Notes: a model not told the origin generated them from the letters alone. DNA of 64,000 bases from Nitrospinaceae bacterium (GCA_965237905.1 OZ250172.1:896001-960000), one strand, 5' to 3'. Shown: positions 49,290 to 59,703, numbered from the stretch's first letter. Program-made: numbers and translations.

Positions 49290-50606
49290 TCAGACCGAAA
49301 CATTATTCGACTCCACACGATCCGGTTTTTTTAAAGGATAAAAAATTTCAGTTCCCTGTTCCCCTTCAACGGGGATGGGGCGCAGAATATAATCGTCTCT
49401 ATTCGCATTATGAGCGCACATAGACACCGGACCATCCGGAGTCATGACCATAAACGAACACGCTTCGATTCTTTCCGGGTCCAGATGGTCGGCGTCCATG
49501 AAGTTTTGCACAAAAAATGAAATCTTGTGAACTCTTCCCCGAGCCGCAAAGATGTCTCTTCGGATTCTCCAAATACGGGGAACAAAATATTTTAAACCGC
49601 GGATCAGCCAATGCGGTCGGCTCAATGCCTCCTTAATATACCGCAAGGCGATGATTCCCGGCCGCTCCCTTCGGTCGTGTGTTACATGTTGAAAATCTCT
49701 GAAAAAATCACCGACCAAATCCGGATCGTCTATTAAGCTAAAGACTTTATTATTCACAACAACAGTGGGAACATAACTGTGGCATTTCGGATGGCCTACA
49801 AGGATGGAATCCCATGCCAAAGGATTTCCCGAGCCTTGATTGATCCTCTCCTTTACCGACTCCAAGGAGATGATTTCCTCGCGTTTTCCCAGGACTCCTC
49901 TTCCGGTATCTGCCTGGAGTTGGAAAGAGGCAAATCGCACCACATCCGCCTGCTCTATGAAGAAACGAACGAGATCGGGAACCTGAGAGAAGTTGTCTGT
50001 GTGAACCGTTGTATTGAAAATAACCATCAAAGGCAACCCGCGAACCATCTCTATGTATTGCCTGCGAATTTTATTGAGTTCCTGTTCTGTATTAAATCCC
50101 TTTCTGTCCTGGGTCATGTCAACATGAAAGGCAATGTCGCTCAAGCCATTGTCCACCAACTCTTCAATCATGTCCCGGGTACACCGTATTCCATTGGTGA
50201 ACAATGTAGGATGCAAACCAAGCTCACGGGCATAACGTACAATTTGCATCAGCTCCTTCCTGTCCCGCATCGTGGGATCCCCTCCGCTGATTTGCACATC
50301 GGTACCTACACCGAAATAATTTTTAATCCCATCCAACCTCCGAAATACTTCTTGAAGAGGAAGATCGGTGACTTGGTTAGAACTGGGAGACAGATAGCAT
50401 AAAGAGCAATCGAGATTGCAACGCTGACTGATCTCCAGGGAAACACATCCAATAGCTTCCCTTCGTCCTAAAATTTGGTTCTTTTTAAAATGCGAACCCA
50501 TGCGCAATTTTGTTTTAGCAAGGGCTTCGTTCACTTGGTTTACTTCTTTAGCGCTTAATGGCGCAGATCTACTGGCATAAAGCGATTGAAAAGTTTTACG
50601 TAGCAT
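49290..50606 (-). CDS. Radical SAM protein, distantly Tes/MJ0619-like
   Basis: RCNLDCSLC; QISGGDPT; HPKC; C-terminal FMDA..LDPERIEACSF.V.TPDG.VSMCAHN. Confidence 0.85.
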   Translation of the reverse strand: MLRKTFQSLYASRSAPLSAKEVNQVNEALAKTKLRMGSHFKKNQILGRREAIGCVSLEISQRCNLDCSLCYLSPSSNQVTDLPLQEVFRRLDGIKNYFGVGTDVQISGGDPTMRDRKELMQIVRYARELGLHPTLFTNGIRCTRDMIEELVDNGLSDIAFHVDMTQDRKGFNTEQELNKIRRQYIEMVRGLPLMVIFNTTVHTDNFSQVPDLVRFFIEQADVVRFASFQLQADTGRGVLGKREEIISLESVKERINQGSGNPLAWDSILVGHPKCHSYVPTVVVNNKVFSLIDDPDLVGDFFRDFQHVTHDRRERPGIIALRYIKEALSRPHWLIRGLKYFVPRIWRIRRDIFAARGRVHKISFFVQNFMDADHLDPERIEACSFMVMTPDGPVSMCAHNANRDDYILRPIPVEGEQGTEIFYPLKKPDRVESNNVSV

Positions 50607-50895
50607 AAACGCCCCCCACGTTTTATTAGCATTTTGAAAGAATCTAAAAACGGGAAACCTCATAATAATCTTGATGTAAACTCCATAATGAGTCGAGGCA
50701 AACAATCAAACCTTACAGTAGTTTTTCTACTTGGAGCTATCCAAACTCTCCGGTATGATTATCCTATATTCCTACTATATATGAATGAAACGTGGTCGCT
50801 GTTATTTGGCCATGTAAGGTAATCAAGAGCTCTGCGACAAATCCTTGAAATTTGGAGGAATCCAAAGGCCAACAAATATCTTGAGGGGAGCAATC

Positions 50896-52272
50896 ATGAG
50901 AGAAACGGTAGAGGATTTAGCCAAGAATAAGTGCCCTGAACTGACGATGGACAACTTTATAAATGGATTGAAGCGGAGAAATCCGGGAGAAGGAGAATTC
51001 CATCAATCGGTTGAAGAGGTCATGACCTATCTCATTCCCTATGTCCAGCTTCATCCCAACTACCAAAAAGCACAAATCCTGGAAAGACTCACAGAGCCCG
51101 ATAGGGTTATCATTTTCAGGGTAGGCTGGCAGGATGACCAGGGCTCGATCCGCACCAACCGGGGCTACCGGGTTCAATTCAACAACTCCATCGGTCCTTA
51201 TAAGGGAGGCCTCAGGTTTCACCCGACCGTGAACTTAAGCATTCTTAAATTCCTGGGCTTTGAGCAAATTTTCAAAAACAGTTTGACGACCTTGCCCATG
51301 GGAGCCGGCAAGGGAGGCTCTAACTTCAACCCCAAAGGGAAGTCCGACGACGAAGTCATGCGTTTTTGTCAGGCATTCATGACCGAGTTATCCAAGCACA
51401 TAGGAGAAAGTATCGATGTGCCCGCCGGTGACATCGGTGTCGGGGCAAGGGAAATCAGTTATATGTTCGGCCAATATAAACGATTGAAAAATGAATTTAC
51501 AGGAACCCTGACGGGCAAGGGCTTGGAATTTGGCGGGAGTGAAATCAGGACAGAAGCAACAGGGTTTGGTTGTATTTATTTTATGCAAGAAATGCTGAAA
51601 CACAGATCCGACGGTTTAGAGGGAAAACGGTGCATCGTTTCCGGGTCGGGAAACGTCGCTCAATATGCGGCCCTCAAGCTTATTCAACTGGGTGCAAAAG
51701 TCATTACCATTTCCGATTCCTCAGGGTTCGTTCATGATCCGGATGGTATTGACGAGGAAAAACTGAATTTTATTATAGAATTAAAAACCGTTAAAAGAGG
51801 GCGGATTTCTGAATTCGCTAACCAGTACAAGCTGAAGTTTTACGAGAACCAAAAGCCATGGAAGATTCCCTGCGATCTGGCTTTCCCTTGCGCCACACAA
51901 AATGAACTGGATATAGAGGATGCGAAGGAGTTGATTAAAAATGGTTGCGCAGGCATCGCGGAGGGGGCCAATATGCCCACCACCATTGAAGCGATTAAGA
52001 GTTTCCAAAACGCCAAGCTTCTGTTTTCTCCGGGAAAGGCATCCAATGCCGGAGGTGTGGCTGTTTCCGGTTTGGAGATGACGCAAAATAGTATCCGAAT
52101 GTCCTGGTCCTCTGAGGAACTGGAAAAACGTCTGGTTGAAATCATGACGAACATTCATCAACAATGCATTCGATATGGCGCTGAAAAGGATTATGTGGAT
52201 TACGTCAAAGGCGCAAACATTGCAGGATTTGTAAAGGTTGCGGATGCGATGCTGGCCTATGGCGTGATGTAG
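50896..52272 (+). CDS. gdhA: NADP-specific glutamate dehydrogenase
   Basis: GPYKGGLRFHP, GAGKGGS, DVPAGDIGVG, GSGNVAQY, AEGANMP. Confidence 0.97.
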   Translation: MRETVEDLAKNKCPELTMDNFINGLKRRNPGEGEFHQSVEEVMTYLIPYVQLHPNYQKAQILERLTEPDRVIIFRVGWQDDQGSIRTNRGYRVQFNNSIGPYKGGLRFHPTVNLSILKFLGFEQIFKNSLTTLPMGAGKGGSNFNPKGKSDDEVMRFCQAFMTELSKHIGESIDVPAGDIGVGAREISYMFGQYKRLKNEFTGTLTGKGLEFGGSEIRTEATGFGCIYFMQEMLKHRSDGLEGKRCIVSGSGNVAQYAALKLIQLGAKVITISDSSGFVHDPDGIDEEKLNFIIELKTVKRGRISEFANQYKLKFYENQKPWKIPCDLAFPCATQNELDIEDAKELIKNGCAGIAEGANMPTTIEAIKSFQNAKLLFSPGKASNAGGVAVSGLEMTQNSIRMSWSSEELEKRLVEIMTNIHQQCIRYGAEKDYVDYVKGANIAGFVKVADAMLAYGVM

Positions 52273-52383
52273 TCCCTGGGCGAGAGGGTTGATCTTTTCG
52301 TCCGTTCCGCTATTTTAGATGACACTTTTAATTTATTCTGGATAATCATGGGTATGACAAAAAATAAACAATTGGGGGGATAA

Positions 52384-54528
52384 ATGAAAAAAGCAAAACC
52401 AATTATTATTCTTTCCGTTATCGCTGGTTGCATATGGGCTTTTTCTCACTTTAACCTCGGCCAGTACCTGTCTCTGGAATACCTGAAAGGACAACAGGCC
52501 GATTTCTCTGTCTTCTATAAAGAAAACACCGTATTGGCCATTGGCGCCTTCAGCCTCATTTATATTGTTTCAACCGCCCTGTCTCTTCCGGGGGCCGCTT
52601 GGTTAACCCTGCTGGCCGGGGCCTTGTTTGGATTGGTCACAGGAACCATCCTTGTTTCCTTCGCAAGCACCATTGGAGCCACGCTGGCTTTCACTATTTC
52701 ACGATTATTGCTCCGTGACTGGGTTCAAAATAAATTTGGAAGCTACCTCAAATCTTTTAATGCTGGCGTCGAAAAGGATGGTGGGTTTTATCTTTTCACT
52801 TTAAGGTTGATTCCAGCGTTCCCGTTCTTCGTCATCAATTTAGTGATGGGGTTGACTCCCATGAAGACATTTCAATTCTTTTGGGTGAGCCAGATCGGAA
52901 TGCTGGCAGGGACCATCGTTTATGTGAACGCCGGAACGCAACTCGCTCAAATTGAATCTTTGAAAGGCATCCTCTCCCCCGGGCTTCTTTTGTCCTTTGT
53001 ATTGTTAGGCCTATTCCCGATTTTGACTAAAAAGCTTTTAGGCTTCTTCAAGGGCAGGAAAGTATTGAGCCGTTTCAAAAAACCCAAAGTCATTGACTAT
53101 AACATGGTAGTGATTGGAGCGGGGTCGGCCGGACTGGTGACCAGCTACATTGGGGCGGCTACTAAAGGAAAAGTTGTTCTTGTTGAAAAACACAAAATGG
53201 GCGGGGATTGCCTGAATACCGGATGTGTCCCGAGTAAAGCCCTCATTCGGTCAGCCAAGTTTATGGCGGATGTCAAAAAATGTCAAAGTCTGGGTTTCAA
53301 AAATGTCCAGGTGGAATTTGAGTTTGCTGATGTCATGGAGCGGGTTCAGCGGGTTATCAAAACCGTCGAACCCCACGACTCAATCGAGCGTTATTCACAA
53401 CTGGGAGTTGAGTGCGAAACTGGAGAAGCAAAAATAATTTCACCTTATGAAGTTCAAGTGAATGGGAAAGTGCTTACTACAAAGAACATCATCATCGCCA
53501 CGGGTGCCCGTCCTGCGATTCCCCCCATTGAAGGCATTGAAGAAGTTGATTACTTGACTTCAGACACGGTTTGGAACATTCGTGAAAAGCCTGAAAAACT
53601 GTTGGTACTCGGAGGAGGACCGATTGGCTCGGAACTCGCTCAAGCGTTTTGCCGGTTGGGGTGTCAGGTCACACAAGTGCAACGCAGGGACAAGCTTCTT
53701 CCCAGAGAAGACCCCGAGATCGGCCAAATGGTTTTAGAGAGCTTCAGAAAAGACGGCATTGACGTTCTTCTGGAACACACACCCAAGAAATTTTTTAAAC
53801 AGGACGGGAAAGACTTTCTGGAGTGCGAACACAAGGGCCAACGCGTTCAGATCGGTTTTGATAAAGTCTTGATCGCTCTGGGACGAAAGGCCAACACGAC
53901 AGGGTTCGGATTGGAGGAGTTGGGAGTTGAATTGACACCCAGGAAAACGATCCAAGTCGACGAATACATGCGGACCAATTATCCCAACATCTATGCCTGT
54001 GGAGATGTGGCCGGTCCTTATCAATTCACACATATTGCCGCACACCAGGCATGGTACTGCGCGGTCAATTCAATGCTCAGCCCATTTTACAGCTACAAGG
54101 TGGATTATCGAACTGTGCCCTGGTGCACATACACAGACCCGGAAGTGGCGCGATCGGGATTGAATGAGCTGGAAGCCAAAGAGCAGGGAATTCCCTATGA
54201 AGTCACCACCTATGGAATAGACGACCTGGACCGCGCCATTACCGATGAAGCGGCTTATGGAATTGTCAAAGTCCTGACGGAACCGGGTAAGGACAAAATT
54301 TTAGGAGTGACTATTGCCGGGCTTCACGCCGGAGATATTATTGCAGAATATGTGGCCGCTATGAAAAACGGCTTTGGTATGAATAAAATTTTGAATACCA
54401 TTCACATCTATCCGACTTTGGCCGAGTCCAACAAGTTCGCCGCAGGAAATTGGAAAAAAAACCAGCTGACAGAAAAAAAGCTGGCTCGATTGGAGAAAAT
54501 CAACCGGTGGAGAAGAGTCTACGTTTGA
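52384..54528 (+). CDS. TVP38/DedA (SNARE-associated) domain fused to a pyridine nucleotide-disulfide oxidoreductase
   Basis: N-terminal ALSLPGA..., LRLIPAFPF; then GAGSAG, GGDCLNTGCVPSK, GGGPIG, HIYPT. Confidence 0.92.
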   Translation: MKKAKPIIILSVIAGCIWAFSHFNLGQYLSLEYLKGQQADFSVFYKENTVLAIGAFSLIYIVSTALSLPGAAWLTLLAGALFGLVTGTILVSFASTIGATLAFTISRLLLRDWVQNKFGSYLKSFNAGVEKDGGFYLFTLRLIPAFPFFVINLVMGLTPMKTFQFFWVSQIGMLAGTIVYVNAGTQLAQIESLKGILSPGLLLSFVLLGLFPILTKKLLGFFKGRKVLSRFKKPKVIDYNMVVIGAGSAGLVTSYIGAATKGKVVLVEKHKMGGDCLNTGCVPSKALIRSAKFMADVKKCQSLGFKNVQVEFEFADVMERVQRVIKTVEPHDSIERYSQLGVECETGEAKIISPYEVQVNGKVLTTKNIIIATGARPAIPPIEGIEEVDYLTSDTVWNIREKPEKLLVLGGGPIGSELAQAFCRLGCQVTQVQRRDKLLPREDPEIGQMVLESFRKDGIDVLLEHTPKKFFKQDGKDFLECEHKGQRVQIGFDKVLIALGRKANTTGFGLEELGVELTPRKTIQVDEYMRTNYPNIYACGDVAGPYQFTHIAAHQAWYCAVNSMLSPFYSYKVDYRTVPWCTYTDPEVARSGLNELEAKEQGIPYEVTTYGIDDLDRAITDEAAYGIVKVLTEPGKDKILGVTIAGLHAGDIIAEYVAAMKNGFGMNKILNTIHIYPTLAESNKFAAGNWKKNQLTEKKLARLEKINRWRRVYV

Positions 54529-54587
54529 AGAGTCTGATTTTCTGATCAGGTCAACCCCAACATCCGTTCCCTCTTGAGATTGATTAT

Positions 54588-55823
54588 CTAACCTTTAACA
54601 CAAATAACCTGGCGCAGGGTGTGCGCGATTTCCACCAAATCCTTCTGGGCTTCCATGACCGCGTCGATATCCTTGTAAGCCGCAGGGGTTTCGTCGATCA
54701 CATCCTTGTCTTTTCGACACTCCACACCTTCGGTGGCTTTGATATGATCGTCCACCGAAAAACGTCGTTTGGCTTCAGCCCGGGACATCGCTCTGCCCGC
54801 ACCGTGACTGCAACTTTCAAAACTGTCCTTGTTGCCCAGGCCGCGGACGATATAAGACTTCGCCCCCATGCTTCCGGGGATGATTCCCGTATCTCCCAAC
54901 CGGGCACGCACCGCTCCCTTCCGGGTCACTAGAATATTTTTTCCAAAATGATTCTCGCGGGCCACATAATTGTGATGACAATTGACCCTCTCCAAGTTCG
55001 CTTCAAAAGGCGGAATACCCTTGGAGCCCTGCACCGCTTTAATCACGGCCTGCATCATCAACTCGCGGTTGGTCTTGGCAAACGTCTGCGCCCACTCCAC
55101 CGCCTCTACATATTCGTCAAAATGCTCAGACCCATCGGGGAAATAGGCCAGATTGATATCCGGTACATTGATATGCCACCGGCGCATATCCTCCTTGGCC
55201 AGCTCAATAAAATAAGTCCCAATCCGGTTGCCGATACCACGGGAACCGCTGTGCAGCATGAACCAAACCTGATCCATCTCGTCCAGACACACTTCGATGA
55301 AGTGGTTACCGGTACCTAAAGTTCCCAGATGGTTGACGTTGTTGCTGTGCTTTCTCATCACCTTGGGATTCTTTTCAGTGATGGAATCCAATCCTTTTCC
55401 CAGGTCATTCCAGACTTCCGCCTGGAGATCAGGAATATTCGCCCAGGCGCCACGATCACCCCGTCCCCCATTGTTCGTTCTGCCATGCGGAACAGCCTTT
55501 TCAATATTGGAGCGAATCTCCTTCAAGTTTTCCGGCAAATCGGTTGCCTTCAAACTGGTCTGCACCGCCATCATGCCGCATCCGATATCCACCCCAACCG
55601 CCGCCGGAATAATGGCCTTTAAGGTTGGAATCACACTTCCAATCGTTGCCCCCAGTCCCCAATGAACATCCGGCATGACCGCAATATGTTTATAGATAAA
55701 AGGCATATGTGCGACATTCATCAACTGCTGTTCCGCTTCCTTTTCCAATGGAACACCCTTGGTCCAGGCTTTGATCGGCACACCCTTGTCTGGCTTTAAA
55801 ACATTGTAGTTATATTTTGTCAT
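54588..55823 (-). CDS. rtcB: RtcB RNA ligase
   Basis: MPDVH, VGVDIGCGM, GTLGTGNHFIE, HSGSRG, HHN, SHGAGR, DETPAAYK. Confidence 0.97.
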   Translation of the reverse strand: MTKYNYNVLKPDKGVPIKAWTKGVPLEKEAEQQLMNVAHMPFIYKHIAVMPDVHWGLGATIGSVIPTLKAIIPAAVGVDIGCGMMAVQTSLKATDLPENLKEIRSNIEKAVPHGRTNNGGRGDRGAWANIPDLQAEVWNDLGKGLDSITEKNPKVMRKHSNNVNHLGTLGTGNHFIEVCLDEMDQVWFMLHSGSRGIGNRIGTYFIELAKEDMRRWHINVPDINLAYFPDGSEHFDEYVEAVEWAQTFAKTNRELMMQAVIKAVQGSKGIPPFEANLERVNCHHNYVARENHFGKNILVTRKGAVRARLGDTGIIPGSMGAKSYIVRGLGNKDSFESCSHGAGRAMSRAEAKRRFSVDDHIKATEGVECRKDKDVIDETPAAYKDIDAVMEAQKDLVEIAHTLRQVICVKG

Positions 55824-55922
55824 GATCAATCTCTCTAACAATCACATGAAATAAAGGGCCGACAATAAATTTTCAAGACGCCGCGTTGGAAGTAACTGAT
55901 TGAAATTAAATGCTTTATAATT

Positions 55923-55966
55923 ACCTGCACAAAAACTGCACCCAATTTCCTGAGAATTTCCGCTAA
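55923..55966 (+). promoter_or_regulatory. Phased 11-bp direct repeats, putative OmpR-family binding site
   Basis: ACCTGCACAAA|AACTGCACCCA|ATTTCCTGAGA|ATTTCCGCTAA. Confidence 0.5.
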
Positions 55967-56007
55967 CCCGCCATACGCATTGCACATGCAAGCATAACAC
56001 TGGGTGC

Positions 56008-57561
56008 ATGAACAATGCACGCATACATCTCAATGCCACACGTTTTCTGCCCGGCCTGATCTTTGGGACAGCCGCTGGGGTCCTGGCCTATGAACCGGTG
56101 TACTGGTTGATTCAGACCTGGCAGGACCCGGCGTACGACTCCAAAGGTTTTCTCATATTTGCAGTCTGTGTCGGATTGTTTCTGTGGAGTGTCACCAGCC
56201 CCCGCAACTTGACCCGCCCGGATAATACCCGGTGGGCGCTGATCCTTCTGACCGCCACCGCCCTGATCCGTTTGACCGGTCAGGTCTTCGCCGTCAATAT
56301 CATCGGTGCTTTGGCGTTGGTGATCGATGTCTACGCGCTGGCCACTCTGGCCGGTGTTCAACATAGAGAGCGGCCTATTTCTCCCGGATGGCTGGCGGTT
56401 TGCTTTCTATTCGCCCTGCCGTTGGAGCGGGTGATGCAACACACAGTAGGATTTGGCCTGCAAAGCCTATCTGCCGGAAGCGCCTGTCTGATTCTGGGTG
56501 GCCTGTTTGATAATGTCAGTTGTCATGGTGTGCGCATTCTGATCAATCAAAAAGATGTACTGGTGGACCTGCCCTGCTCCGGCGCGCGGACCCTGTTGCT
56601 GTTGCAATTGTTTTATGCCGCCTGCATGACGGTGTGCCGTCCCAATTTAACTTCCGGCTTGTTCGGTTTTTGCGTCACTCTGTTCTCCAGCCTATGGATC
56701 AACATTTTTAGAATCATGGCGCTGGCGGTGGGCATCGCCTACCCGGAAATGGTATTCGGCCTGGATGTCATGGCGGAACCGGGACATTCCCTACTGGGCT
56801 TGATCGCACTGGCTCTGGGCTGTCTCCCCATTCTGTTCTGGGCCCGGTTCACGGAAGATGTCCTCAAACCTCGCAACCTGATTGCGCATTCAAAGCCGGA
56901 GGAATCGCTCTCGCGCGCCAAAGCAATGGGTTTTGCATTCCATATATTTAAAACCCATCCCGTTGCAATGGCTTTTGGATTTTTGATCGTTGCCGCCGCC
57001 ATTGTCAGTCTTCCTAAAACACCGATCGACGTCGCCCGGCCCGATATCAAAATTTCTCTGCCTATGATGATTGACAACCATGAGGGAATCCTTTCACCTC
57101 TACTCCCGAAAGAGAGAGTTTACTTCACCCAATACGGCGGCGCGGCGGCCAAAGCTTCGTATGGGGATAACGGTTTGTTGTTGATTCAAACCTCATCGCC
57201 CCTGCGGCACCTCCACTCCCCCGATGAATGCTTGCGAGGACTGGGCTTTGAGGTCCAGCACGTCGGGATTTCATACGACACGATACCGACCGCTGTGTAC
57301 AAAGCCACCACAGCAGAAGGACAGAGCTTTCGCGTCGCCGTCAGCTTTATTTCCGACCAGGGTCACATCACCTCCAACGTGTCGGAAGCGGTGTGGCGCT
57401 GGGTGCAGGAGCCGGGTAGCGTGTGGTCCGCTATCCAACGAATTTCCCCCTGGGAACAAGACGCATCAATAACCCGCCGATGGGACCAGGCGGTCCTGGC
57501 GGCTCTGGATATCGATATTACTCAACGACCTGCTAAATTCACGAAAGAGAGGAAGCTATGA
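56008..57561 (+). CDS. Exosortase (dedicated type, with C-terminal soluble domain)
   Basis: Multi-TM; catalytic Cys in VDLPCSG, Arg in NIFRI, His in PGH; ATGA overlap with a PEP-CTERM gene. Confidence 0.85.
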   Translation: MNNARIHLNATRFLPGLIFGTAAGVLAYEPVYWLIQTWQDPAYDSKGFLIFAVCVGLFLWSVTSPRNLTRPDNTRWALILLTATALIRLTGQVFAVNIIGALALVIDVYALATLAGVQHRERPISPGWLAVCFLFALPLERVMQHTVGFGLQSLSAGSACLILGGLFDNVSCHGVRILINQKDVLVDLPCSGARTLLLLQLFYAACMTVCRPNLTSGLFGFCVTLFSSLWINIFRIMALAVGIAYPEMVFGLDVMAEPGHSLLGLIALALGCLPILFWARFTEDVLKPRNLIAHSKPEESLSRAKAMGFAFHIFKTHPVAMAFGFLIVAAAIVSLPKTPIDVARPDIKISLPMMIDNHEGILSPLLPKERVYFTQYGGAAAKASYGDNGLLLIQTSSPLRHLHSPDECLRGLGFEVQHVGISYDTIPTAVYKATTAEGQSFRVAVSFISDQGHITSNVSEAVWRWVQEPGSVWSAIQRISPWEQDASITRRWDQAVLAALDIDITQRPAKFTKERKL

Positions 57562-59693
57562 AAACCTTAATCAACACATTTCTTTTAGTTTTTAGTTTAA
57601 CCTTCACTTTTCTCATATGTTTTGTCTTTTCCGTTAATGCTCACGCATTTACCGAAAACGACCTGGGGGGATCCGTTCAGGCGGTAGTCAACGGCAAAAC
57701 CTTCCACTTTCCCGCCCTGAAAACGGATATCCGGACGAAAGTCCAGGGCGACCTGGCAACGGTAACGGTCACGCAAACATTTGCGAATCCGACTATGGTT
57801 CCGTTGAACGCCACCTACCTGTTTCCCCTGAACAAGGATGCGGCGGTCCACGCCATGACCATGGAGGTGGGTGACGAAATCATTCAGGCTCAAATTCAAA
57901 AGATCGAAAAAGCCAAGAAAATATTTGAAAAAGCGAAAAAGGAAGGCAAGGCGGCATCGTTGCTGACCCAGCACCGGCCCAACATGTTCACCCAGCATAT
58001 CGCCAACCTCATGCCGGGACTGCCGGTTAAGGTTACGTTGGTTTACGATCAAACCGTTCCCAGGGTGGACGGCAATTATGAATTGGTCATTCCCTTGATT
58101 GTCGGCCCCCGTTACCAACCCGCCCGCTCCGGTAAGCCTCCGAAGGTTGTGGATGACGGTGTCACCGTGGGTATGAAGAAGGTTGCAGCCGAAACCCAAT
58201 TCAACCAGTGGGAAATTGAGACATTGCCATCCTATCCGGATGTTTCCGGATTGACGATCCCCGATACCATCAACAAGGACCGGGTTTCCATCAATATCAA
58301 TTTGGAAGCGGGCACAGCCATTCCCAATATTTACAGCCACACTCATACAATCAAAGTGACCGGTGAGGAAAAGGAGAAATCGATCACTCTGGCTGAGGGT
58401 CGGACCATCGACAACCGGGATTTTGTTCTGCGTTATCAACTGGCAGGAAAAGATACCCAGCCCGCCTTTCTGGCTTACAACGATTCGAAAGACGGCTACT
58501 TCAGTTTGTGGATCGAACCGCCGGCATCCCCAAAGTCGAAAGACATCACGGCACGAGAAATGGTATTTGTGCTCGACACCTCCGGTTCCATGAGCGGCCA
58601 ACCTATCGATGCCAGCAAAGCATTCATGCGTCATGCCTTGAATACTCTACGGAGCCAGGATTACTTCCGCATCATCCGTTTCAGCAATAACGCCTCCGAG
58701 TTCACATCGGGTCCGGTCCGCGCCACCCCAAACAATATCAATAATGGGTTGAACTATGTCGACTCTTTGAGTGCCAACGGCGGAACGGAAATTCCCAACG
58801 CCATCCGGCAGGCTTTCTCTATTCCCAAACCAGCCGGGACTCTGCGGATTGTCGTGTTTCTGACTGACGGTTACATTGGCAACGAATCGGAAGTCTTACA
58901 GCTCATTACCAGCACCATTGGCGAGGCACGTATTTACGCGTTTGGAGTGGGCACTTCGGTCAATCGGTTCCTACTTTCCGAAATGGGGAGAAAAGGCCGG
59001 GGCTTTGCCCGGTTCATGGATCCCACCGAGGATGCGGAAGAAGTAGCGCTGGAATTGGCCGGCAAACTGGAGTCCCCAGTACTGACAGATATCAATATCA
59101 ACTGGGGCGAACTTAAAGTAAGCCAAGTGACACCGGCGGTGATCCCCGATCTATTTGCGGGCGACTCGATTCGCGTTCTCGGAAAAATCGAAGGGAACGG
59201 AACGCATACGGTTGAAGTGAAGGGACGGGTGCGTGGAAAACAAGCCTCATTACCGATTCAGGCGGTTCTACTTGACGGGAAAGGCGAAATGACGCCTTCT
59301 CCGATTCCACAAATCTGGGCCCGATCGCAAATCGCTGATCATATGAGGCAGATGAATACACCGAAGAATTTTAAAACCACTCATCTCAGTGATGACGAGT
59401 TGAAGCAAAAGGTGATTGATCTGGGCCTCAAGCACTCGCTGGCAACGCGTTGGACTTCGTTCGTGGCGGTATCCAGAAAAGTCGTCAACGAAAACCCACA
59501 AAACGCGGAAGATTCGCAGGTGCCCCTGCCCATGGTGAAAGGTGTAACTCCAAAAGCTTACGGCGAAAAGTTTCCCATGAAAATGGCGCGGAATTTTTCC
59601 GGAAGTTCCGTCCCGGAACCGGCAACCTGGGCGGGATTACTGGTAATCAGCCTGGCGGCCCTGGCATTACTCAAACGCCGCAAACTGACCTAA
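57558..59693 (+). CDS. VIT + vWA domain protein with C-terminal PEP-CTERM signal
   Basis: Signal peptide; VIT (VTQTFANP...YLFPL); MIDAS DTSGSM and LTDG; ends VPEPATWAGLLVISLAALALLKRRK. Confidence 0.93.
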   Translation: MKTLINTFLLVFSLTFTFLICFVFSVNAHAFTENDLGGSVQAVVNGKTFHFPALKTDIRTKVQGDLATVTVTQTFANPTMVPLNATYLFPLNKDAAVHAMTMEVGDEIIQAQIQKIEKAKKIFEKAKKEGKAASLLTQHRPNMFTQHIANLMPGLPVKVTLVYDQTVPRVDGNYELVIPLIVGPRYQPARSGKPPKVVDDGVTVGMKKVAAETQFNQWEIETLPSYPDVSGLTIPDTINKDRVSININLEAGTAIPNIYSHTHTIKVTGEEKEKSITLAEGRTIDNRDFVLRYQLAGKDTQPAFLAYNDSKDGYFSLWIEPPASPKSKDITAREMVFVLDTSGSMSGQPIDASKAFMRHALNTLRSQDYFRIIRFSNNASEFTSGPVRATPNNINNGLNYVDSLSANGGTEIPNAIRQAFSIPKPAGTLRIVVFLTDGYIGNESEVLQLITSTIGEARIYAFGVGTSVNRFLLSEMGRKGRGFARFMDPTEDAEEVALELAGKLESPVLTDININWGELKVSQVTPAVIPDLFAGDSIRVLGKIEGNGTHTVEVKGRVRGKQASLPIQAVLLDGKGEMTPSPIPQIWARSQIADHMRQMNTPKNFKTTHLSDDELKQKVIDLGLKHSLATRWTSFVAVSRKVVNENPQNAEDSQVPLPMVKGVTPKAYGEKFPMKMARNFSGSSVPEPATWAGLLVISLAALALLKRRKLT

Positions 59694-59703
59694 GGAGGCA
59701 ATC

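Noticed and set aside
49290..50606. Calling the gene tes or arsS outright
   Set aside because: Only partial motif similarity to Tes, with the N-terminal metal sites missing; not recognisably ArsS.
38300..52300. A single genomic island or prophage
   Set aside because: No integrase, tRNA, flanking direct repeats or phage genes; it looks like a patchwork of small cassettes.
52384..54528. Mercuric reductase merA
   Set aside because: Lacks the C-terminal Cys-Cys pair and NmerA domain; no mer genes nearby.
57597..58634. 345-aa antisense ORF, and similar shadow ORFs such as 12984-13787, 31289-32005 and 36358-37101
   Set aside because: They lie opposite well-supported genes and have no recognisable motifs.
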